Shown: piece by piece, positions 28,313 through 37,764 of the stretch
Layout of the letters: every line of letters starts with the position of its first letter
Position numbering within the stretch: position 1 is the stretch's first letter
Origin: Candidatus Omnitrophota bacterium
GTDB lineage: Bacteria > Omnitrophota > Gorgyraeia > B26-G9
Reading direction: 5' to 3'
Assembly: GCA_016213925.1 (NCBI GenBank)
Contig: JACQZH010000021.1
Span: 6,295-70,294 of the forward strand
Length of the DNA: 64,000 nt
Translations under genes and position numbers: made by a program
The notes under the pieces: model-generated
The model's database searches: none
Told to the model about the DNA's origin: nothing
Seen by the model: only the letters and a program-made list of their open reading frames with translations

Positions 28313-28354
28313 TAAGTATAAAACCTTAGGCAGCGCCGAGAAAGGAGTTAATAC

Positions 28355-28849
28355 ATGAAAATAGAGGACCGTAAAGGCGAGTTAGTGATTACTGATTTTG
28401 CCGAACAGGAGGTTTACCAAATAGCCTCTAAGATAGAGAAAGACGGTATTTGGTTCTATCAAAAAGTAATGGAAAAAGTTAAAAATGAATATGCAAGGGA
28501 GATTTTAAAGGTTCTTATAGACGAGGAAAAAAAGCATCTTAAGTTGTTTGAAGAATTCTTATCGATAGCAAGGGAACATGGCTCTGATGATAATGAGGAT
28601 AATGATCTTTTGGATAGCATGGATTATGGTATTTTTCAGCCGTTTCAAGGGATGCCTAATATCGGCGAATTGATCGTAAATACCGATAAAGCGCTAAAAC
28701 TTGCGGTAATCGCGGAAGAAAAATCGATAAAATTTTACAGCGCCTGCTTAGGAAAAATATCTTCAAAAAAAACCATAATGGGGCTTACTGCGGTGATAGA
28801 AGAAGAAAAAAAGCATAAAGCCTTGTTTGAAAAAATGCGTTTGAAATAA
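28355..28849 (+). CDS. Rubrerythrin-like ferritin-fold diiron protein (no rubredoxin domain)
   Basis: Two half-domains with E...EEKKHLKLFEE and E...EEEKKHKALFEK (ExxH diiron ligands). RBS AAAGGAG. Confidence 0.55.
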   Translation: MKIEDRKGELVITDFAEQEVYQIASKIEKDGIWFYQKVMEKVKNEYAREILKVLIDEEKKHLKLFEEFLSIAREHGSDDNEDNDLLDSMDYGIFQPFQGMPNIGELIVNTDKALKLAVIAEEKSIKFYSACLGKISSKKTIMGLTAVIEEEKKHKALFEKMRLK

Positions 28850-29061
28850 GTGATTTGATATGTTTAAGGCAGATATAAGAAGGGAGGAGATGAGGCCTCT
28901 CTTTTTTATTTTAAAATCAATAAAAATAAAGCTAATGTTTTACCGAAAAAAACTTTATAATATATATGTATTTTATTCAAGGGGAAGTGAATTGTGCTAG
29001 TACGCTAATGCCGGCGTAAATATTATCACTATTGAGAAGCTACGTTTAAAAAGGAGGGGCT

Positions 29062-29403
29062 ATGGGGAAAAATAATAATAATAATAAATTAATTGATGGC
29101 GGCTTATTAATATTGCGGATTGGAATTGGAGTGATGTTTATTTTTCACGGCTGGCCTAAAGTCTGTGCAGGAGCACAGATGTGGGAAAGCCTGGGTAAAG
29201 CTGTTTCCTCATCGCTGATGATGATAACGATGGCTGTTGCCGCAACAATGCATTTAAAGGCAGGCGATGGCTTGCAAACAGCGGCGCATTCTATTGAACT
29301 GGGGATTGTTTTTTTTAGTTTAATATTTATTGGAGCAGGAGAGTTTCGTTTAAGCGGCGTTTTTAAAAAAATGCAGAAAAAGGCCCCGAAAAAGAGCGGA
29401 TAA
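29062..29403 (+). CDS. DoxX-family small membrane protein
   Basis: LLILRIGIGVMFIFHGWPKV, typical of DoxX. Confidence 0.45.
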   Translation: MGKNNNNNKLIDGGLLILRIGIGVMFIFHGWPKVCAGAQMWESLGKAVSSSLMMITMAVAATMHLKAGDGLQTAAHSIELGIVFFSLIFIGAGEFRLSGVFKKMQKKAPKKSG

Positions 29404-29419
29404 AACACAACAACTTTTT

Positions 29420-30346
29420 ATGATAACCTATGCCAGGCGATATGGTTTTAGCGGTTTAATTAAAAATTTAATTACAGCTTTAAGGCTTCCTTTTATAAGT
29501 GTCAGCCAGATAGCATTTTTATTTGGGTCTTTGATATCCTGGCCGCAATTTAATCCGGGGTATTTTATTCTAGGCAGCGGTATTGTTATTTTTACGCATT
29601 TAGGGGCAAATCTTTTCAATGATTATGCGGATTCTTTAAGCGGAGTGGATTGGCAGGATACTAACGCATACGGCTTTTTCGGCGGTTCAAAACTTATTCA
29701 GCAGAAAATATTTTCTGAAAGGTTTTATTTGGTCACGGCAGTATGTTTTTTTTCCCTAGCCTTAGCCGGGGTTTTATTCTTGAGCGTGCTCATGAAAAGC
29801 TTTATCGTGCTCGGAAGCTTTTTATTTGTTTGTGTTATCGGCGCTGGTTATTCGCTTGGGCCTTTAGAATTTTCTTATAAGAGGATAGGCGAATTGGTTA
29901 TTTTTCTGCTTTTTGGCCCGGCGCTGGTTATGGGTGGATATTTTATACAAACCGGTGTTTTTCCTTCCTGGGAGGGGTTTTACTTATCGTTACCGCTGGG
30001 ATTTGCGGCAATTGCTGTGTTATTTGCTAATGAAATTCCCGATTTCCCGCATGATTTGGCAAAGAATAAGCTTAACTGGGTTAGCTTTTGGGGGCAGGAG
30101 AAAGCGTTTATAGGGTATTATTTCATAATTGCATGTATTTTTTGTTCTGTGGTTTTTAATGTTATTGCCGGAAACCTTAGAGTATGGACACTCTCCTGTT
30201 TTCTCGGTATCGTCCCGGTTTTAAAGGCAGGAAGGATATTAAAATATTTTTATGCCGATAAACAAAAGTGCAGGGATTCGTCAAAGCTGACAATAGGTGT
30301 ATATATTTATAGCGGGATCATCCTAATCATGGATAAATTAATATGA
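29420..30346 (+). CDS. UbiA-family aromatic prenyltransferase (MenA-like)
   Basis: About 8 TM helices and NDYADSLSGVD (NDxxDxxxD). Confidence 0.65.
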   Translation: MITYARRYGFSGLIKNLITALRLPFISVSQIAFLFGSLISWPQFNPGYFILGSGIVIFTHLGANLFNDYADSLSGVDWQDTNAYGFFGGSKLIQQKIFSERFYLVTAVCFFSLALAGVLFLSVLMKSFIVLGSFLFVCVIGAGYSLGPLEFSYKRIGELVIFLLFGPALVMGGYFIQTGVFPSWEGFYLSLPLGFAAIAVLFANEIPDFPHDLAKNKLNWVSFWGQEKAFIGYYFIIACIFCSVVFNVIAGNLRVWTLSCFLGIVPVLKAGRILKYFYADKQKCRDSSKLTIGVYIYSGIILIMDKLI

Positions 30347-31461
30347 AAAAAGTTATAATTATCGGAGGAGGATTTGCCGGGCTGAAAGCGGCGCAGGTTT
30401 TATGCAAAAGGTTTAAAAATATAAAAACGCATGTTATAGATAAAAACAAAAATTCGATATTCTTACCGTTGCTTCCGGATGTTATCGGCCGTGAAATTAA
30501 TCACAAATATTTAGAATATCCATTGGACCAGGCAGCAAGAGTGCATGGTTTTAATTTTATTAACCGCGAAGTTAGCGGGATTGACCTTGAAAAAAAGAAA
30601 GTAATTTGCCATGATAAAAACTTTGATTATGATTTTCTGGTTATTGCCGCAGGCAGCAGGACTAATTTTTACGGGCAGGAACAAATAAAAAAAACAGCAT
30701 TTACATTGGATGATACTGCTGACGCTCTGGCAATCCTTGAGGCATTAAAAGCGAAATCTTTTGAAAATATTGTTATCTGCGGCGCAGGCTATACCGGGGT
30801 TGAAATAGCGGCCAACATAAAGGCTTTTTTATTAAAACACAGAATCAGGAAAAAGATTATTATCGCGGAAAAATTCCAGGGTATTTTATCCGGCATGCCT
30901 GGGGGATTGAGAAAGTATGTTTTGGACAAGCTAGGGCAGATGGATATTCCGGTTTCTCTAAATACTTCTATTCGGACAGCCTCTGAAACAGAAGTCGTGC
31001 TTTCCGACGGAAAGGTTATTGAAAAAGCTATGCTTATTTGGGCGGCTGGAGTTAAATGCGCTGATTTTTTAAGCGGGACTAACCTAGAGAAAAATGCGCA
31101 GGAAAGAATTAAAGTAGACAGGTTCTTATGTTTTAAAGAAGGCTGTTTTGCTATTGGTGATTCAGCGCTGGTTTTACGCGGGCAAAAGGCTTTGAGAATG
31201 TCAGTGCAGTTTGCGGTTACTCAAGGGGCAAGCGCGGCTTTGAATATCGGAAGAATAAATAACGCAAAGAAAGAGAAGATATATAAGCCTGTGGACCTTG
31301 GATATATTATTCCAATGGCCGGGGCAAATGCCTGCGGAAATATACTGGGCATACAGGCAACCGGAGCAATGCCTGCTTTAATGCATTATATTATGTGTAT
31401 AGTACGCAGTTGGGAGACGATAAGCAAATTGGGAATAATCAGGTCGTTGCTGGTGAATTAA
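30343..31461 (+). CDS. NDH-2-like FAD-dependent NADH:quinone oxidoreductase family protein
   Basis: KKVIIIGGGFAGL dinucleotide fold, NSIFLPLLPDV, a second GAGYTGVE fold and FAIGD. There is a 4-bp overlap with the UbiA gene. Confidence 0.55.
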   Translation: MKKVIIIGGGFAGLKAAQVLCKRFKNIKTHVIDKNKNSIFLPLLPDVIGREINHKYLEYPLDQAARVHGFNFINREVSGIDLEKKKVICHDKNFDYDFLVIAAGSRTNFYGQEQIKKTAFTLDDTADALAILEALKAKSFENIVICGAGYTGVEIAANIKAFLLKHRIRKKIIIAEKFQGILSGMPGGLRKYVLDKLGQMDIPVSLNTSIRTASETEVVLSDGKVIEKAMLIWAAGVKCADFLSGTNLEKNAQERIKVDRFLCFKEGCFAIGDSALVLRGQKALRMSVQFAVTQGASAALNIGRINNAKKEKIYKPVDLGYIIPMAGANACGNILGIQATGAMPALMHYIMCIVRSWETISKLGIIRSLLVN

Positions 31462-31477
31462 TTAAGGAGGAGTATAA

Positions 31478-32857
31478 ATGGCCGGGCGCGGTGCTTGTAA
31501 GATTTTTATTGTTTTTTTTATCGCGGCATGTTTTTTGATTAAGCCTGCTTTGCTGATTGCCCAGACTGGTGATGAATTCAACGAGATGATCTCGGAATAT
31601 GAACAGAAATTCGCGCATAATCCTTACGATGAGAATATAAAAAAGAGATTGAGCGTGCTTTATCACAATTACGCGCGGCTATTGGCTGATGATGGACTAT
31701 GGCAAGAGGCGATTACCGAAGAAAAAAGGGCATATGATTTGTATCCGAAGGAAGAGGCCATTTTAAAAACACTTGCATATTTTCATAATGAATATAGCCT
31801 GGAGCTTAAATCAGAGGGAAAATTTAACAGCGCTTTGGAAAATTTATCTTCGGCAATAAGATATAATCCTGATGAGCCGCAATTAAAGAAAAATACGGCA
31901 ATGCTTTATTTGACTTTGGCGAATGAGATGTTCGCCAAGGCAGAGTATTCTAATGCTGAACGTATGCTGCAAAACTCTAAACAGTTTGATGAAAATAACC
32001 CGTATTTGTATGTTTTGCTGGGAGAGATAGCGTATTTAAGAGATAATTATTTTAAAACTCATGAATATTGGAGCAAAGCTTTGGAATTAAATTCCAGTTT
32101 ATACGAAATAAGATATAAACTGGAAAAACTAGAAAAAGAAAAGGAATTGGAAGGGAATTTTAACATACGCGAGGTGGATAATTTTAAGCTGAAATTTGAG
32201 GGGATTGAAAAGGAAGAATTAGCCGCGAATGCCGCGGAAATTCTTAGAAACGCGTACCGTGATGTCGGCCAGGATTTTAATGTGTATCCGCGGCAGATTG
32301 TCCCGGTTATTATTTATCCTGAAACTAAATTAAGCGAGCTTGATTATTTTCCTGACTGGGCAGCCGGTTCATATGACGGGAAAATCCGTTTTGGCGAGCA
32401 TCTGGGTAAAAATGAACTTAATATGAAAGCAGTGCTTTACCATGAGTATACGCATGTTATCGTCAGGATATTAGCCCAGGACAATGTGCCGCTTTGGCTT
32501 AATGAAGGGTTAGCGGAACATGAAGCAGAGGAATTTAAAAGAGTTGAAGATAAAAAGATACGCAAACAAAAACTTTTGAAAGCGGTTGAAAAAAATGTTA
32601 TTTTTGATATCGACCACCTTTCCAAGATGGATCTAACAAAGCTAACGTATCTTTCTCCGGCCCGGATTGAACTTGTTTATGCTCAATCGGAATCTTTCGT
32701 CAATTATTTGATTAATCGTTCTTCTATCTTTGACATGAAAAATATTTTAGTGCGCCTGGGAAAAGGAGAGAGCGTATATAAAGCTGTAAAAGAGGTTTTG
32801 TTTGTGGACCTGGATAAACTGGAAAGAGACTGGATAGTTGAGTTAAAAGGGCAGTAA
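31478..32857 (+). CDS. Secreted TPR-repeat protein with C-terminal HExxH...E zincin-like domain
   Basis: Signal peptide, TPR-like repeats, then YHEYTHVIV...NEGLAEHE. Confidence 0.45.
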   Translation: MAGRGACKIFIVFFIAACFLIKPALLIAQTGDEFNEMISEYEQKFAHNPYDENIKKRLSVLYHNYARLLADDGLWQEAITEEKRAYDLYPKEEAILKTLAYFHNEYSLELKSEGKFNSALENLSSAIRYNPDEPQLKKNTAMLYLTLANEMFAKAEYSNAERMLQNSKQFDENNPYLYVLLGEIAYLRDNYFKTHEYWSKALELNSSLYEIRYKLEKLEKEKELEGNFNIREVDNFKLKFEGIEKEELAANAAEILRNAYRDVGQDFNVYPRQIVPVIIYPETKLSELDYFPDWAAGSYDGKIRFGEHLGKNELNMKAVLYHEYTHVIVRILAQDNVPLWLNEGLAEHEAEEFKRVEDKKIRKQKLLKAVEKNVIFDIDHLSKMDLTKLTYLSPARIELVYAQSESFVNYLINRSSIFDMKNILVRLGKGESVYKAVKEVLFVDLDKLERDWIVELKGQ

Positions 32858-32888
32858 CCCCTGGATTAGCCGGCAAAATCAAGAATAA

Positions 32889-34028
32889 ATGAAAAAAATT
32901 GGAATTTATATTCATATCCCTTTTTGTATCAAAAAATGTTCTTATTGCGATTTTTACTCGGTCAGGCTGAAAAATAGAAAAGAGATAAAAGATTATTGCG
33001 ATGCTTTAAAAAAAGATATCGAGTTTTTCGCCAAAAAATTGCGGGATTATTCTGTTAAAACAGTTTATTTTGGCGGTGGGACTCCTTCTCTGCTTACAAA
33101 GGCACAGGCCGGCCGGATCATACAAAAGGTTAGGGCTGATTTTTCAGTTGAGGAAAAAGCGGAAATTACTTTAGAAGCAAATCCGGCAACACTTACCGGG
33201 AACAAGCTTAAGGGTTTCAAAAAAGCCGGAGTAAACAGGGTCAGCTTGGGGGTTCAGTCTTTTTCTGATAAATTTTTAAAGATTCTCGGCAGGGCGCATA
33301 AGGCTAAAGATGCCTTAAACAGCATAGAACTTTTACGCAAGGCAGAGTTTGATAATATAAGTATTGATTTGATTTACGGGCTGCCGGAACAGGATTTAGA
33401 TGACTGGAAAGCAGAGCTTGATAATTTTATAGCTTTGGGAATAGAACATATTTCCTTTTACGATTTAAAAATAGAAAAAGGCACGCCGTTCTATAAAATC
33501 AGAAAAGATTTAAAAGTTCCGGACGAATATTTACAGGCAAAAATGTATAAAATTGGCTGTCATTTGCTTGAATCTGCGGGGTATCTGCATTATGAGATCT
33601 CCAGCTTCGCGAAAAAAGGAAAAGAATCGCAGCATAACCAGCTCTACTGGAAGAACGAAGAATATCTTGGTATAGGCGCGGGCGCGTATTCCTATCTTAA
33701 GGGGGCCAGGTTTTGCCGGATAAAAAATATAAACAAATATCAGGATGAGGTTAGAAAAAATGACATAAAAAGATATCATCCTGAAAAGCTGGATAAAAAC
33801 AGGCGGCTTGCGGAGACATTGATATTAAATCTGCGGCTTTTAAAGGGCGTTAATTTAGAAAATATTGAAAAACGCTGTTCATCCTTGTTTAGCAGGAACT
33901 TACTTGAAGAGTTAAATAAGCTTAACCAGGAAAAGCTGCTTGTCAAAGCGCGCGGAAACTACCGCTTATCAAATAAAGGTATTTTGTTTTACGATACAGT
34001 TTCAGGGTATATTTTATCAAACAGGTAA
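32889..34028 (+). CDS. hemW: Radical SAM heme chaperone HemW (HemN-like)
   Basis: CIKKCSYCDF (CxxxCxxC), GGGTPS and 379 aa. Confidence 0.7.
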   Translation: MKKIGIYIHIPFCIKKCSYCDFYSVRLKNRKEIKDYCDALKKDIEFFAKKLRDYSVKTVYFGGGTPSLLTKAQAGRIIQKVRADFSVEEKAEITLEANPATLTGNKLKGFKKAGVNRVSLGVQSFSDKFLKILGRAHKAKDALNSIELLRKAEFDNISIDLIYGLPEQDLDDWKAELDNFIALGIEHISFYDLKIEKGTPFYKIRKDLKVPDEYLQAKMYKIGCHLLESAGYLHYEISSFAKKGKESQHNQLYWKNEEYLGIGAGAYSYLKGARFCRIKNINKYQDEVRKNDIKRYHPEKLDKNRRLAETLILNLRLLKGVNLENIEKRCSSLFSRNLLEELNKLNQEKLLVKARGNYRLSNKGILFYDTVSGYILSNR

Positions 34029-34055
34029 CTCAAGGCATACGCGGTATTTCAAAAA

Positions 34056-35195
34056 ATGGAAAATAGGCAGAAAGTTAAAAACGTAAAAGTTTTTTCCGAC
34101 ATAGAGACGCTAGAAGCGCGCAGGCATCTAAATAGGCTAATTAAGGATATCGACGCGCATATAGAGAATTTTTTTCCGAAAATACTTAATGAAAATGACC
34201 TTTGCCGGTTTTTGCGGCGGAAGAAGTCCGGATACGTTGGCAAAGATATAAACGCGAAGAGTATAATTTCCGCTCCGGTATGGGCGCTTATGAAACGAAG
34301 AGGCAGGCACTGGCGTTCTTTGTTCGCTATATTGCTGCTCGAAGCGCTGGGGAAGAAAGCAGCTCCGTATGAACAGCTTTTATCCGTTATTCCTGAACTA
34401 TGCCACAGCGGAGCGTTGATAATTGATGATATCGAGGATAATTCTCTGGAGAGGAGAGGTAATGCCTGTATCCATAAAGGCTATGGCCTGGACGTGGCTA
34501 TTAACGCGGCAAATACGGTATATTTCCTTCCTTTTTTGCTTGTTGCTAACCATAAACATCTTAATGAAAGAAAAAAATTCATGATTTACCGGGTTATGGT
34601 TGACAAGTTTATCCGCGCTCATTTTGGGCAGGGAATGGATATATATTTTTCAAAGCATATTACGATGAATAAATTACGGTTGTGGAGCAAAGATTCGTTG
34701 GAAGATAAGATTACGCAGGTTTACGCGGATAAAACTTCGGCGATACTCGAAGGGCTTGTGGAAATAGTGGAGATTATTAGCGGGCTTAAAGGCAGCAGGA
34801 TAATTAAAAAAGGCATTGCTTTTGCCAACAAGTTTGGCGTGGCTTTTCAAATTATCGATGATGTGCATAATTTTATTGATCAGGCGAGATCACCGAAAAA
34901 GACAGGAGAGGATTTGCGCGCGGGAAAGCTTACTTATGTTATTGCCAGCGCATTAAATAAGCTGACAGGAAGCGATCAAAAGCTGGTTATGAATGTTATA
35001 GCGCGCAGAAATTACCGCCGCCGCGCTAAAAAGATACTTAATGCGGTTAAATTGATAAAAGAGTGCGGGGTTTTAGATGAGTGCCTGAATAAAGCAAGGT
35101 TAATGGTAAAAGTTGAGAGAGAAAAATTTTTTAAAGCCCTTCCGCGGGGAAAAGCGCAAAAAATGCTTTTAGTATTGCTTGATGATCTGCTTTAA
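34056..35195 (+). CDS. Polyprenyl diphosphate synthase (trans-isoprenyl diphosphate synthase family)
   Basis: First DDxxD (LIIDDIEDN) and second DDxxN/D (FQIIDDVHNF) motifs. There is an unusual ~70-aa N-terminal extension. Confidence 0.65.
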   Translation: MENRQKVKNVKVFSDIETLEARRHLNRLIKDIDAHIENFFPKILNENDLCRFLRRKKSGYVGKDINAKSIISAPVWALMKRRGRHWRSLFAILLLEALGKKAAPYEQLLSVIPELCHSGALIIDDIEDNSLERRGNACIHKGYGLDVAINAANTVYFLPFLLVANHKHLNERKKFMIYRVMVDKFIRAHFGQGMDIYFSKHITMNKLRLWSKDSLEDKITQVYADKTSAILEGLVEIVEIISGLKGSRIIKKGIAFANKFGVAFQIIDDVHNFIDQARSPKKTGEDLRAGKLTYVIASALNKLTGSDQKLVMNVIARRNYRRRAKKILNAVKLIKECGVLDECLNKARLMVKVEREKFFKALPRGKAQKMLLVLLDDLL

Positions 35196-35535
35196 ATTAA
35201 TGATATACTATTAGGAATAAGATTTTTCTAAAATCGTAATTAGAAAATAGTTTGTAAGTGCAGACTGCTCATTCTCGGCATTGTTGTTATGCCTTTGGGA
35301 TGGTTTGGAATATAAGAAGGGTTTTCGAACTTGCCAAGACGTAGTACTGGTTTAAATATATATTTTTAAGACTACAATAAAATAGTTTAAACAAAGATGT
35401 AATTTTTTATATATTTGCCTAAAATTTGTTTTAAATTAATAATATTGCAAAAAGTGAAGTGAAATTATAGAATAATTAGCGTTGCCCGTAAGTAATAAAT
35501 ATAGAAAGTGAAAAAAATATTTTTTGGGAGAGCAA

Positions 35536-36447
35536 ATGAAAGCAGCTTTTTTTGGGCAGTTCTTATTGGATAAAGGCGTAATAAATACTAAACAGTTTGC
35601 CGATGCATCAGACTTGCAGAATAAGGTTAATTTAAAGATCGGCCAGCTAGTTTTAGAGAAAAAACTTTTGACTCCGTTGCAAGTAAAAATTATCCTTGAT
35701 CATCAAAAAAGAAATGATGTTTATTTTGGGGAGGCAGCACAGCAGCTTGGGTTTCTTACGCTTGAACAGGTCCAGATGCTTTTAAAGGAGCAGGAAGAAC
35801 GGCATATCTTTATTGGAGAGGCATTGATTCGTTGCGGGTATATTACGCAAGAGCAATTAAAAGAGGCATTGGTGGAATTTAATGCCGAGCAAAAAGAAAA
35901 TGAAATGCTCAGCCCCAAGGCGTATCCAGAAAGATTTGAAAAGGAGAAGATATTTATAGAGCAGTTTGTGGTTTATACGATTAAGTTGTTAAGCCGGATG
36001 GGCGGGATAATCGCTAAATATGACCATTATGAGGAAGTGAAAAAAAGCATAGCGGTTTTACCGGTAGCGGTTGAAATGCATTTCCGTGGGGATATGAGTA
36101 ATCAGCTTAACCGTTATTTGCTTATGACCTCGAAAGAAACAGCGCAAGCTATCGCAGTTAATTTTTTTGAAGGAAGCGGTATGGCTATTGAAGGCAGTGT
36201 TATTATTGATGCTCTTTCAGAACTGGTGAACATTATATGTGGACAGGTTTGCGGCCGCTTGTGGGAATTTGGAAAACTGAGCGTAACATTATCTCAAAAG
36301 GTTATGATCGATGCCGATCAGATGCAATTAAGCTATGTTTTAAAAGAAAATCAGAAAGCAGTATACTTATCAATGGTAACTTCCGATGGGAAAAAACTAG
36401 GCCTATTACTGGTCTTTTTTTTGTCCCTGGATAAGAATAGCGTATAA
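35536..36447 (+). CDS. Tandem MshEN (T2SSE_N-type c-di-GMP-binding) modules fused to CheX/CheC-like domain
   Basis: Four 24-aa (R/K)LGxxLLxxG(L/V)Ixxxx(L/V)xxxLxxQ-like motifs are arranged 24-5-24 twice: FFGQFLLDKGVI..., KIGQLVLEKKLLTPLQVKIILDHQ, YFGEAAQQLGFLTLEQVQMLLKEQ and FIGEALIRCGYITQEQLKEALVEF. The C-terminus has ELVNIICGQ (ExxNxxxG). Confidence 0.5.
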   Translation: MKAAFFGQFLLDKGVINTKQFADASDLQNKVNLKIGQLVLEKKLLTPLQVKIILDHQKRNDVYFGEAAQQLGFLTLEQVQMLLKEQEERHIFIGEALIRCGYITQEQLKEALVEFNAEQKENEMLSPKAYPERFEKEKIFIEQFVVYTIKLLSRMGGIIAKYDHYEEVKKSIAVLPVAVEMHFRGDMSNQLNRYLLMTSKETAQAIAVNFFEGSGMAIEGSVIIDALSELVNIICGQVCGRLWEFGKLSVTLSQKVMIDADQMQLSYVLKENQKAVYLSMVTSDGKKLGLLLVFFLSLDKNSV

Positions 36448-36480
36448 TCCCAAAAATAAAGACTAATAAAAAGGTTTATT

Positions 36481-36885
36481 ATGAGCGGGCTAGCCACTTT
36501 AAATCGGAACAAAGGATTTACTTTTGTTGAGGTGATGGTAGTTTTATTGATTCTTGCCGGTATTATCGCAGGATTCTCAAGCTTAAGCGGAGCTAATTTT
36601 ACGCTTTTGGAACAGGTGGCTAATTCGAATATCGCGATTAATGACGCCCGTTCGGTTTTAGAAAATATGCGTAATATTGACCCGTTTACCGCGGCTAACC
36701 TGACCGCTCAATATCCGGATGGAGCCGCTGTTGCCGGATTTAATAATCTTGAGCAAGAAACAGTGAGAGTTAATTATGTGGATCTTACCGCTGATCCGAT
36801 ACAGGTTACGATTACCGTATCGTGGGAAGGCAAAGGCGGCGCGGCATTAACCGAAGAGGTAACTACTCTTTTGACGGCACGCTGA
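36481..36885 (+). CDS. Type IV (pseudo)pilin with prepilin N-terminal methylation domain
   Basis: NKG|FTFVEVMVVLLILAGIIAG (G-1, E+5). 134 aa. Confidence 0.6.
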   Translation: MSGLATLNRNKGFTFVEVMVVLLILAGIIAGFSSLSGANFTLLEQVANSNIAINDARSVLENMRNIDPFTAANLTAQYPDGAAVAGFNNLEQETVRVNYVDLTADPIQVTITVSWEGKGGAALTEEVTTLLTAR

Positions 36886-36912
36886 TGGAGTTGGCATTGA
36901 AAGAGAAAAAAT

Positions 36913-37737
36913 ATGAAAAAAATATTTAAATCAAAAAAAGGCGTTTCTTTGCTTGAGGCCCTAATTGTGTGTGTTGTTTCTGTTTTTATTATATTGACGC
37001 TTCTGGCATTGTTATCTTCGGCGCGCAGCACATGGGCGATTTCCGATGTAAAATCAGACCTTTATATTAACGCGCGCAGGGCAATGTATGAGATGTTCAA
37101 TGAGCTTATTGAGGCTTCCAGCGGGGATACGGAATCATTTGTGTTCGTTGATCCTTTGAACGGAGAATATGCTCAAGGGTTATGGTTTGCTTCAGCCCGC
37201 GGGAATGAAGCGGTAGCCGGAGAAGATGGAAGCTCGGCTAATAATTATTTTCATCTTGATGCTAGTAATGTGGCGGCATGGCGTTCTCTGGTAGTTTACT
37301 GCGCGTATGAGACAGCGGACGGGATAAAACAGCTGCGCAGGTATGTGGATTACGGCCCAAATCTTACTTTTTATAATGGAGTAAATATTTTTCCGTTGAC
37401 TGTTCAATCCGTAACCGCAGCCAGCCTGAACTTGCTTACCGCTGACGCGGCGACAGTTATTTCTATTGACCGCGCTCAAGGCAGGGTGCTGGCAAATTAT
37501 ATCAGCAATGAAGACGCGAATAATAATAATGCCCTTGACGCCAATGAGAATGACGGAATAGATAATGATCCGGTTGATAATGAAGACGGCGCATTAAATT
37601 ACGGGGCGAATTTTACTAAAAATGTCGGTAGTGTTGATATTGTGCTTTTTTTGAGCAAGGAAGCGGTGAAACTAAAAGAGCAAGGCAGGTTTCTTAGTAC
37701 TACGCTGCGCAACAGGGTAAAATTCAGGCAGCCTTGA
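36913..37737 (+). CDS. Minor pseudopilin with acidic Ca-binding-like loop
   Basis: KKG|VSLLEALIVCVVSV prepilin motif, then NEDANNNNALDANENDGIDNDPVDNEDG. Confidence 0.5.
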   Translation: MKKIFKSKKGVSLLEALIVCVVSVFIILTLLALLSSARSTWAISDVKSDLYINARRAMYEMFNELIEASSGDTESFVFVDPLNGEYAQGLWFASARGNEAVAGEDGSSANNYFHLDASNVAAWRSLVVYCAYETADGIKQLRRYVDYGPNLTFYNGVNIFPLTVQSVTAASLNLLTADAATVISIDRAQGRVLANYISNEDANNNNALDANENDGIDNDPVDNEDGALNYGANFTKNVGSVDIVLFLSKEAVKLKEQGRFLSTTLRNRVKFRQP

Positions 37738-37764
37738 TGCCGCATTAAAAGAGGGAGAATAATT

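Noticed and set aside
28850-28920. Terminator hairpin after the rubrerythrin-like gene (GAGGCCTC followed by T-run)
   Set aside because: Only a short self-complementary octamer with no proper stem-loop. It is too weak to call.
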